A stretch of DNA of 58,969 nt, counting the filler, from Dugesia japonica (taxonomy: Eukaryota): assembly GCA_001938525.1 (NCBI GenBank). It is 4 parts of 4 records of this genome, joined end to end, with 100 filler letters (N's around TTAATTAATTAA, not from the genome) between each part and the next. Parts side by side here need not be neighbours in the genome. Positions count along the whole stretch, not along the records: positions 36,073 to 45,210 come from MQRL01622013.1; positions 45,311 to 58,969 come from MQRL01616980.1; 2 more parts are not named here. One strand, 5' to 3'. Below are positions 38,555 through 48,290 of this stretch, piece after piece. Positions within the stretch are counted from its first letter, which is position 1. Each line of letters opens with the position of its first letter. The notes beneath the pieces are model-generated. The model was given only the letters and a program-made list of their open reading frames with translations. It was not told where the DNA came from and made no database searches. Made by a program: the position numbers and the translations under genes.

Positions 38555-40379
38555 CAGGGCTATTTATAATTATATCCACCTTATGCATAATTATATGAAC
38601 TTTTAAATTGAAATTAAAATATTATATTTAAAACAAAAAATGTATAAAAAAATAAAATCTAATATGTATTTTAAAGTAAAAAACGTAGAAATATTTTTTA
38701 ATAATACTGTTGTAAATAAAATTAATGCATATAGATATCAATAATACATTTAATCTCTGATGATATTGAACAAAAAATAGGAGTGTTCATTTTTAAAGAA
38801 AAATTCGAAATAATTCTATGTATGAAACAACAGAATGTTAAAATTGAAGATATTTCGGTGGCAACAAGTATTGAAAAATAAGCCATTTATAAAAAGTTAT
38901 TTGCATTTGACAAGCATCTAGAAAAGGGTGGAAATACAAATAATTTTTTTAAAAAATTCGGGCGAAAATTAAACAGCAACAATCATATACAGGAGGAATT
39001 GTACGAAACAGTATCATTGGATAATGCTCTGACCCAAGAGGGAATGAAAGATAAAACTACTGGAAAATGGTATTCAAAAATCACAATCTGCATTATCTCG
39101 TATTCTCAAAAGCATCAATATCACAAGATAAAAATTGAAAAAAATGAAATTACGTGAAAAGAGAAAAATAAATTACCTGAAAAGAGATACATAAGTCAAA
39201 ATTATTCTATCATCGTGAGAAATACAGGATAATAAACTATTTTTTATTGATGAGACAAAATTCAATCTACATACTTCTACTAATTATGGATACAGTTCTG
39301 CAAATAACGAGGCTTATATAAGAGTCCCCAAAACCAGAGGAGTCAATGAATCACTTATGGCATGTCTAGGGTTTAAGGGAATAATGGCACATAAAATTAT
39401 TGATGGTGCATACAATGGATATAAATATTAGGATTTTATAAATAATCTTACTTATAGGAATCTATTAGAAATTGGGGATACTTTGGTTTGTGATAATGTT
39501 CCGTTTCATCATTATATAAGAACAAGAAATCCACTTGAGCAAGCCAATGTTAATCTGGTTTTTTTACCACCATATTCACCTCAACTAAATTCAATTGAAA
39601 ACGTTTTTGGTTTGACAAAAATGTGATACATATCAATGATGCCGATATAGGGCAAACACGTAACTACATGAAATAAAGAATATTGTCGGTAATGAATGCT
39701 CTAAATATTGATGAAAATATATCTTTTCTGGAGTTTTATAGGTCAATGAGAATGTATTGTGACAAGGCATAATTTGGAATTTTTTTAGTCTAATAATCGT
39801 TTAAATTATGAATTTTGTTCTATATAAAATATATTTATTTATTCATTTCAATAAGATAAATTTAACATATTTTTCGAAGTAGTATTTTTGTATAATTATA
39901 TATAATGGGGAAGTATATATTTTATAAAATAATTTTAAATCGAAAAAAGATCTATTGTATTGAATATCTCAAGAAGCCAACATGTTCCTGAAGAAGACCA
40001 TTGTCGAAAATTTGAANNNNNNNNNNNNNNNNNNNNNNNNNNNNNNNNNNNNNNNNNNNNNNNNNNTAATGAAATCTCAAATGCGATCAATGGTTAAGTC
40101 CAACAATTATTCTCACAATAATTGTAATTATAAAATTCGAAAAATATAATTCATTTTAATTTAAAAGTGGATATAATTATAAATAAAGTAGTTATAATTA
40201 TGAATAGAGTGAATATAATTATAAATAGAGTGGATATAATTATAAATATATTATATATAATTATGAATGAAGTAGATATAATTATGAATAGAGTAGATTT
40301 ATTTATGAATAGAGTGAATTTAGTTATGAATAGAGTTTTTATCATTATGAATAAAGTAGATATAATTACGAATAGCCCT
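38555..40379 (+). mobile_element. Decayed Tc1/IS630-like transposon with a subterminal 21-bp tandem array
   Basis: LFFIDETKFNLHTSTNYGYS, LVCDNVPFHH and VFLPPYSPQLNSIENVF. TIRs TA|CAGGGCTATTTATAATTATATCCAC and GTAGATATAATTACGAATAGCCCT|TA. 21-bp repeats at 40160-40370. Confidence 0.9.
39981..40016 (+). ncRNA. Minimal hammerhead ribozyme motif in a Penelope-like fragment
   Basis: GTTC-CTGAAGA-A-GAC CATT GTC-GAAA-ATTT-GAA shows both core boxes, a 3-bp stem II, a palindromic stem III and a partial stem I that runs into an N gap. Confidence 0.55.
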
Positions 40380-41097
40380 TATTTTAGTATAATTTTATTT
40401 AGTAGATATGCATGTATCCGCACATTTATTCTTTAAATTATTACTTATATTAAGTGTATCATCGTATATATTAGAATAAAAATTCCAAGGTAACATTTTT
40501 CAAACCACCTTAACAAATAAGTTTTATATATATTCTTTTTTTAAATTATTGATTTCAATTTACTCTCCTTTATATTAATAAGAAACATTATATTGTAGTA
40601 AATATTTATTTGTTATGTGGCATTGTTTCTTTTAAAAATTTTGATTTATTATCATTATAGTGTTTCTTTTGTACACTTTGTATTCAGACTGGTTTTTTAA
40701 AATCGCTTTTATTCCTAAGTTTTTAAATATGTTAAATATTTTTAGTAAAGAAGGTTTATGAATATCATTATACAGAAAAAAAATTTATAGAAATTTATAG
40801 TTTACTAATTTCTTACAAATCTTCTAAAAAGTTCACTTAAAAAAATTATCAAAATAAATAAATACATTATATATATAAGTAGTGGGAAATATACTCTTTA
40901 ACCTCAAGGGGTATACTTACCGTACCACATTTTTCTTATAAAAATAAAATCTCACAATAAAATGTCACAAAAAATGTCGCATATAAAATGTCGCATGTAA
41001 TATGTCACAATAAAACCATAAAGGAAAGTATGCGATAAGAAAATGTCGCATGTAAGATTCATAAAGAAAAAAAAATGCTAAATTTTTTCTATAGAAA

Positions 41098-41730
41098 ATG
41101 ACTACTGAGAAAAAGCCATTACAACAATTAAATTTATTAAGTGTTACAAATTTAATTTCTAGTGTTATTGATATAAAAGATGGAAATATANNNNNNATAG
41201 TAGAATATACAAAATGTGAACTTACAAAAGATGCCGCTCAAAATAATTTAAATTATCTTAATCAATTTTATAAATCAATGGATGGATATAATATACCAGA
41301 TGAAATTAAAAATGGTATTAAAAAAATGATGACTCTTGTTATTAGTTTATTAACAAGCGATCAATGTAAAAGTTTAATGGTTGAATTATTAGATGATAAA
41401 CTTTTACATTGTGAAAAAATTATTGAAGCATATCAACAAAAGTTACAATCAGAAAGAGATGAACATAATAGTGTTTTAAAGAAACATAATGAAATATTAA
41501 AACCAGAATATGTTGATTTTATTGATTTAATTTATAAAGTCGCGGTAAAAGAAGGAAAAAGAAGATATGTAAAATCTTCTGATGTTACTAAATTATATAA
41601 TAGATTAGTAAGTGATCCCAAAAAATTATATAGCCTTTCTGTAAATGAATATACTAATATATCTACAAAAGGATGTAAATCAATTGCATCTGCACAAGCT
41701 AAATTTAAGGGTCAAAAAATAGTTAATTAA
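41098..41730 (+). CDS. Polinton hypothetical protein (210 aa, helical)
   Basis: Long open ORF with AAAATG context, first gene after the terminus. No domain recognised. Confidence 0.7.
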   Translation: MTTEKKPLQQLNLLSVTNLISSVIDIKDGNIXXIVEYTKCELTKDAAQNNLNYLNQFYKSMDGYNIPDEIKNGIKKMMTLVISLLTSDQCKSLMVELLDDKLLHCEKIIEAYQQKLQSERDEHNSVLKKHNEILKPEYVDFIDLIYKVAVKEGKRRYVKSSDVTKLYNRLVSDPKKLYSLSVNEYTNISTKGCKSIASAQAKFKGQKIVN

Positions 41731-42106
41731 AATGGATACAGTTTTTTATAAAATGTTAAATGATTATAATTTTAAAAATAATTCTATAATAAATTTTNNN
41801 NNNNNNNNNNNNNNNNNNNNNNNNNNNNNNNNNNNNNNNNNNNNNNNTAAAAGAAGGAAAAAGAAGATATGTAAAATCTTCTGATGTTACTAAATTATAT
41901 AATAGATTAGTAAGTGATCCCAAAAAATTATATAGCCTTTCTGTAAATGAATATACTAATATATCTACAAAAGGATGTAAATCAATTGCATCTGCACAAG
42001 CTAAATTTAANNNNNNNNNNNNNNNNNNNNNNNNNNNNNNNNNNNNNNNNNNNNNNNNNNNNNNNNNNNNNNNNNNNNNNNNNNNNNNNNNNNNNNNNNN
42101 NNNNNN

Positions 42107-42378
42107 TAAATAATCTCAATGAAAAAACTGTAAAGAAATATTTAAAACAATGGAATATTGAATATAACACTAGAATATGGAATCCATCTAGAAATAATCA
42201 AAGAAATTCAAATGGTAGTTTTATATCTGCCATCGATCGTTTTGAAAATAAAAAACCTATTGTAGGGCAAAATAAAAAACCTATTGTAGTGCAAAATAAA
42301 AAAGATAATATTAAAATTAATTATGATGAATTAGGAAAACAGATGAAAAAAATCATACAGTATGGTAAGATAACGTAA
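42107..42378 (+). CDS. Polinton hypothetical protein, C-terminal part (5' end in gap)
   Basis: Open frame NNLNEKTVKKYLKQWNIEY...NKKPIV (x2), ending upstream of the capsid gene. Confidence 0.5.
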
Positions 42379-42475
42379 CACAATAGTAACATAATAAAAA
42401 AACACAGTGGCAAAAAAAACACAGCGAAGCCAACAAAGTGCCAATAGACTAAAAATTTATCTTTATAAAAGAGAC

Positions 42476-43740
42476 ATGTTGGATTTAGATTATAATATTG
42501 AATTTCAACATACAGCAATTAAAAATGACNNNNNNNNNNNNNNNNNNNNNNNNNNNNNNNNNNNNNNNNNNNNNNNNNNNNNNNNNNNNNNNNNNNNNNN
42601 NNNNNNNNNNNNNNNNNNNNNNNNNNNNNNNNNNNNNNNNNNNNNNNNNNNNNNNNNNNNNNNNNNNNNNNNNNNNNNNNNNNNNNNNNNNNNNNNNNNN
42701 NNNNNNNNNNNNNNNNNNNNNNNNNNNNNNNNNNNNNNNNNNNNNNNNNNNNNNNNNNNNNNNNNNNNNNNNNNNNNNNNNNNNNTTCAACAATGTTAAA
42801 TTTTATATCTACAACTGAAACATTTAAAAAAGAATATGGACAATTATCAGGTTGGATTCTAGTTATTGATAATAGAAAAAAACTTTATAAATCAAATAAA
42901 TTTGAAGGTTACTTTCAATTAAGAAATCTATTTGGATTCATGCAAAATTATAATCGTCTTTTGTACAATACAATAATAGAATTTACATGTAACCGTCAAA
43001 TGGAAGATAAACTAATATTTTATGGAGAAGAAAAAACAACTGCATCATTAAAAATATTAACACTAGAACTTCACATTCCAGAAGTTAGATTATTACCTAG
43101 AAAAGAATTAATTCTCCTAGAAAGAATATCTACAAATAAACCAATTAAAGTTTCATATTTAAATAGATTATCATCTAAATCGAATTTAGACACTGGTGGT
43201 TATTATTCAATCAAAATTAGCAGTCTAGCATATCAACCCAGATATATTTTAATTTGTATAAAAGATTCAGAAAACTCGTATCAAAAGAATAATAATTTAT
43301 TCATTCAAAAAACTTCAAAAACCACAAAAGCAGTGGCACCAGCAACTGTAGAAACAATAACAAATTATTATTTAAAAGGTGTACAATTACAATTAAATAA
43401 TACTTATTATCCAATTAACGAATTAAAATTTGACATGTCAAATAATGAAATGGCTTACCCATATATGCAATATATAAAATGTTGCCTTGAATTTTTAACA
43501 GAACCACAATTATCATCAATTGATTTCACTAATTTATATCCATTGTTCTGTTTCGATACCAGTGCACATGATGACAAAATGAATATTAATAATGTTGATG
43601 TCACACTTCATATATCAAAAGATCCAGATTTCAAAGGAACTCTTTACTGTTGTATACTTGAAGAAAAACATGTTGAAATGAAACTTGCTAATAATAAAAT
43701 TGTTTTAATTCAAAATGTTAGAGGACTTGATATAAAATAG
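42476..43740 (+). CDS. Polinton/adintovirus major capsid protein (double jelly-roll), interrupted by an N gap
   Basis: LRNLFGFMQNY, LELHIPEV, QPRYILI, VQLQLNNTYYP, LYPLFCFDTS, VDVTLHI and LYCCIL match the Polinton MCP pattern. Likely start MLDLDYNIEF at 42476, before the gap. Confidence 0.85.
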
Positions 43741-43749
43741 ATTTAAGAA

Positions 43750-45087
43750 ATGAATAAAGGAAGCAAAACCATAAAGAAAGACAAAACCATAAAGGAAGAC
43801 AAATTCATTTGTGATTATTTTGGTAAAATATTATTAAAGAAAAATAAATCCAGACATTTAGATTTGTGTATTAATATTAAAAGTGGAGGCGACTTACAAA
43901 ATTCAACAGTAATATCTAAATTATTAAAACCTATAACTACAGAAAAATATCCAGGTGAACGTCATTTATTCCACCATAATTACACTGGCCCTGGAACTAG
44001 ATTAGATATCCGATTAGATTCCGACAATAACCCAAAACCTGGTGAAGAACCAATTAATAGAGTTGATGAATCTGCATTAAAACATGACATTGCGTATAAT
44101 TCAACTGATATCCGAGATCGTCATATAGCAGATGTTAATTTAATACATGATCTTAATAATATTGAAAATCCAACCACCAGTGAAAAATTTCAGAGAGCTC
44201 TTGTAAAATTAGCTATGAAAGGTAAAATCATTCTTGGCCAGAGTGTAACGAAGAAAAATGTAATTAAAGATGAATCTGATGCGGAGCGAAGCGACGATAA
44301 TAAAGATATTTTATCAAAAGAACTTCACAAAGAATATAGAAAAACTAAACATTTTAGAAAAGTCATTGTTTATGAAAAAGATGAAATTTGGTCAGCTGAT
44401 TTAATATTTCAAGGCACAGAACGAAAAAATAAACATGTAATATTAACAGTTATCGATCTCTATACAAGATTTGCATTTATCGAACTTTCTAAAAATAAAA
44501 CTGGAAAATCAACAACAAAAGCATTTGAAAGAATTCTTGAAAAAAGTAATAGAACTCCATTGAAATTATGGGTTGATGAAGGTAAAGAATTTTATAATAA
44601 AGAATTTAAAATTTTCTGTAAAAATAATAATATTGAAATCTACTCAACTCAAAATCAAGGAAAAGCAGTTGTAATTGAAAGATTCAACAGAAAATTTAAA
44701 AACAAGCTTTTTAAACATTTTACTGCCGTTGGAAATCAGCGAATCGAAGATGAGCTTTTACAAGAAATAGTAAATGATTACAATAATACAATACATTCAA
44801 GTATTAATATTACACCTCAACAAGCAACAGATAATCCTGAAAATATTAAACTTAATACAGAAAAATCTTACACGGACAAATTAAAATTTGATATTGGCGA
44901 TCGCGTAAGAATAACTAAAATTGGAAAAACATTTCCTAAAGGTTATACNNNNNNNNNNNNNAAAAGAATTTATATTATTACTAAAATCCACAGGACAAAA
45001 CCTTTTACATTTGAAATTTCAAATCTTAATGGTAACAAAATACTTGGTAGATTCTATACAAATGAACTTCAAAAAACTGCATTATAA
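43750..45087 (+). CDS. Fusion protein: parvovirus VP1u-like phospholipase A2 (PLA2X) plus Polinton DDE integrase
   Basis: NYTGPGT (Ca loop), PINRVDESALKHDIAY (HD dyad) and RHIAD, followed by ELHK, WSADL, LTVIDLYTRF, LWVDEGKEFYN, VIERFNR, YNNTIHSSI and GRFYTNELQK. No stop, and the only gap is downstream of the junction. Confidence 0.93.
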   Translation: MNKGSKTIKKDKTIKEDKFICDYFGKILLKKNKSRHLDLCINIKSGGDLQNSTVISKLLKPITTEKYPGERHLFHHNYTGPGTRLDIRLDSDNNPKPGEEPINRVDESALKHDIAYNSTDIRDRHIADVNLIHDLNNIENPTTSEKFQRALVKLAMKGKIILGQSVTKKNVIKDESDAERSDDNKDILSKELHKEYRKTKHFRKVIVYEKDEIWSADLIFQGTERKNKHVILTVIDLYTRFAFIELSKNKTGKSTTKAFERILEKSNRTPLKLWVDEGKEFYNKEFKIFCKNNNIEIYSTQNQGKAVVIERFNRKFKNKLFKHFTAVGNQRIEDELLQEIVNDYNNTIHSSINITPQQATDNPENIKLNTEKSYTDKLKFDIGDRVRITKIGKTFPKGYXXXXXKRIYIITKIHRTKPFTFEISNLNGNKILGRFYTNELQKTAL

Positions 45088-45310
45088 GTTGTTTTAGTTC
45101 GCAGAAAGCAGTGTTAAGTTCGCAGAAAGCAGTGTCCAGTGTTTATGATTAAAATAAAAAATATAAAATGGTGCACTATTTTTGTGAATTAGAAACTATA
45201 ATTGAAACAANNNNNNNNNNNNNNNNNNNNNNNNNNNNNNNNNNNNNNNNNNNNTTAATTAATTAANNNNNNNNNNNNNNNNNNNNNNNNNNNNNNNNNN
45301 NNNNNNNNNN

Positions 45311-45742
45311 TAAAATTATTGATAATTATATTTAAAATTATTGATGATTTAAAATTATTGATAATTATATTTAAAATTATTGATAATTTAAAATTATTGA
45401 TAATTATATTTAAAATTATTGATAATTTAAAATTATTGATAATTATATTTAACATTAATGATGATTTTATTTACAATTATTGATAATTATATTTAAAATT
45501 ATTGATAATTTAAAATTATTGATAATTATTTTTAAAATTATTGATAATTATATTTAAAATTATTGATAATTATTTTTAAAATTATTGGTAATTATATTTT
45601 TAATTATTGATTATTTTATCTAAAATTATTGATAATTTTTTTTAATATTATTGGTAATTATTTTTTAAATTATTGGTAATTATATTTAAAATTATTGATA
45701 ATATATTTAAAATTATTGATAATTATATTTAAAATTATTGAT
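45311..45742. repeat. AT-rich minisatellite (TAAAATTATTGATAATTATATT variants)
   Basis: Direct tandem array visible in the sequence. Confidence 0.95.
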
Positions 45743-46069
45743 ACTTTTATTTATATATTACTCATATTACGGGATATCCCACTATCAATTTTACCGCCGG
45801 GATCCCGTTAAAGAAACACTAGTACTTAATTGTTGAATCAGTTTGCTATATATTAGTAGTTTAAAGGTAAATAATTGTTTTATTTTAATCATTATTTTAA
45901 ATTTTAATTTTTATCGAAGTGATAAGTCAATCTATCAGAGATTTTTCTATCNNNNNNTTTTTCTATCACTAAACTTTTCAAGGATGTCATATTATTTGAT
46001 AAAAATAAATTATTTGATAAATTATTTGCAATAAAAAATATGAATATTCCAAATAATCGAGGAAATATG

Positions 46070-46974
46070 TTAGAAAATCCAATAAATACTCCAGTAAAAT
46101 GTAGGAAATTAAGGAAAACAATCAAATAAAATACGTAATAAGTTGGCATAGTTGAAAATTCAACCAATGAGCAAGCTTTCCCAAGGGTATATAAGGAGCC
46201 TACCATCTGAAACAAAGACACTTTTTGAAAGAAAAGTACGTAAAAAGAACCCGTAAAGAGAAAGGCAAAAAATATTTATTCAGAGTAGCCAAAATTATTA
46301 CATGTAAAAAATGTCTCGAGAGTCAATTTATTATTGGCATCGTTATCGTATCTTCGTTAGATCCCCTTTCATCACGTTTGAATAATGAAACTCAGATTTA
46401 ATAATAAATTGATCTGAGTCATTTGGACATGTGCGAGAACACCCCTGTAATTTCATACAATCAAAACGTACTCAGTAATCGACCTAGTCGGACATTCTGG
46501 CCTAAAGTACAACTATAAATTAGTTTAGAACCCTAAGTCGCAACTGTCACAAATTGGTAACTGAAATGTCTCAACTGAGGAGACAAAATATTGAATAAAC
46601 TCTGAGATATGAATCCCAGGGTATGCCGTACTGAAAGTTGAATTTCTTCACCAGAAAAACAGGAGCGCTTGTGTAGTCTCCATCACGGCACGCCATCAAT
46701 CTCCTAATCAATTCCTCCACACAAGAAGATTCGGAAAAATCTCGTTGACATCTTCTCAGAGGATGAACAATAAGTTGTGATATGTTACTTGTACAGATTT
46801 TCTATGAATATATGAGAATATATTCGTGAATTTTAATCGTTTGAGTAACATATGGTTTCTATTGCCAATTTAACGTTACGTTATAGTCATCTTAGTTGTT
46901 ATCAATGCAACTAAAGGGCGGTTGTAATAAATCCAGTGATATTTTTCGAGCTATACCACCCATGACCCCCAACA
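46070..46974 (+). mobile_element. 3' part of an LTR of the gene-bearing family
   Basis: CCAAT at about 46164 and TATATAAGG at about 46188. Decayed coiled-coil-like frame at about 46430-46773 containing KVEFL (cf. ORF 25442). Ends CCCCCAACA at 46974. 5' end unresolved. Confidence 0.5.
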
Positions 46975-47156
46975 AATAAATAAAAACACATTTCAAAGAA
47001 TATGAAAAGTTTGTGAAAATTAAATATTTTTGTAATGTTTAGAAAAAATAAATTTTCTTTGCTTTTAAACTCAAAAAATTATCATTTGGCCTTAAATATC
47101 AAATAGTAGATTCTTATCGAAAATTATATTTTGTTTCAATTTTCCATTTAATTTAG

Positions 47157-47559
47157 ATCGAAGATATTAATCATGATCGAAATAAAATTAAGTCTTTACT
47201 TAAAAGAAAGGTCAAAGAAACTGGAAAGGATTACGATAGCACTTACGAATTTTTAAGCGATTTAAATAATTTCGTTGAATTCAAACATGAAATGAATGAA
47301 ATCAATTGTCAAACGGGTATTTCATTTATCGTTTCTGGATAAAATTTTGATTTTTTTTGGTTTAGAACTAGTTTTCACTAATAATTTCTGCGTTGTTTGT
47401 CTTGATAAACCTGTTTCTGTTGTTTTCTTACCATGCGGTCATTTGAAGACTTGCAATCATTGTTCAAGTCTATTATCAAGTTGTCCNATTTGTAGGAAAA
47501 TAATTGAAAAACGTGTTTATGGAGTATCTTTTGGAAGAGAAAATTCATTAATAAAGTAG
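47157..47559 (+). CDS. IAP-like gene, last two exons (UBA-like plus C3HC4 RING); exons 47157-47316 and 47366-47559
   Basis: CVVCLDKPVSVVFLPCGHLKTCNHCSSLLSSCxICR is an IAP-type RING. The upstream exon KIKSLLKRKVKETGKDYDSTYEFLSDL resembles the IAP UBA region. A 49-bp GT-AG intron joins them in frame. Confidence 0.8.
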
Positions 47560-47613
47560 AAAGTACTTATCGTATAATCAATGTGTTCTCTTACTTTTTT
47601 TGTAATAAAATTT

Positions 47614-48290
47614 TCAAATTAATTTTACACTTTCGCTTTCATTCGGACTTGGTAACAACATCTTGCATCTTAATTCTTGTCAAAGTGAAAAGCAGAGTGA
47701 TTATCGGAATAATCGATCTATTTATAAATTATAATTAACTAATTGTAATTTTATTGAATGCTACACATTATTCACTATTACTGATTTTTTAAATGATTTT
47801 GATTTGAATCATAACCATATTTTACTATTTATGACGGTAATTTTATTGAATGCTACGCATTATTCAATATTAATGATTTTTTTTAAATGATTTTGATTTG
47901 AATGATAAGCATGTTTTACTATATAGCACATTAACTTTATTGAATTCTACACATTATTTACTATTAATGATTTTCATTTATTTTTACCTCTATTCAAATT
48001 AATTTTACACTTTCGCTTTCAATCGGACTTGTTAACAACATTTTCCATCTTAATTTTTGTCAAAGTGAAAAGCAGAGTAATTATCGGAATAATCGATCTA
48101 TTTATAAATTATAATTAATATTCTGTGATCAATTATTATTTANTGCGGGTTCATCTTTATTAAATGCTTTGAATCATTACCATGTTTTACTATTTATGAC
48201 CGTAATTTTATTGAATGCTACACATTATTGACTATTAATCATTTTTTTTAAATGATTTTCATTTATTTTCACCTATATTGACAGGACATA
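47614..48290. repeat. Tandem duplication of about 380 bp with internal sub-repeats
   Basis: TTCAAATTAATTTTACACTTTCGCTTTC...GTCAAAGTGAAAAGCAGAGT at about 47614 and 47994. Confidence 0.85.

Larger units (their letters stand above)
40878..45210 (+). mobile_element. Polinton/Maverick (alphadintovirus-like) endogenous virus, left arm; truncated at the contig end
   Basis: Begins AGTAGT after a (TA)n run. AAAATGTCRCA subterminal repeats. Tightly packed, co-oriented capsid and integrase genes. The next ORF (ATG 45168) runs into the linker. Confidence 0.88.

Noticed and set aside
40151-40436. Repetitive ORFs or a CRISPR-like array
   Set aside because: Head-to-tail 21-bp tandem repeats derived from the transposon TIR, with no unique spacers. 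The ORFs are by-products.
41848-42010. Duplicate of 41546-41708 and the N-terminus of ORF 41947
   Set aside because: A copy isolated between two N gaps; most likely a scaffolding artefact.
31275-45210. pPolB and capsid-integrase as one element, or as a bipartite bidnavirus-like genome
   Set aside because: They are separated by an artificial linker, an AGTAGT terminus lies between them, their decay levels differ greatly, and no shared terminal repeat was found.
40878-45210. Minimal capsid-plus-integrase satellite element
   Set aside because: The contig ends inside a further ORF (ATG 45168), so the missing genes cannot be called absent.
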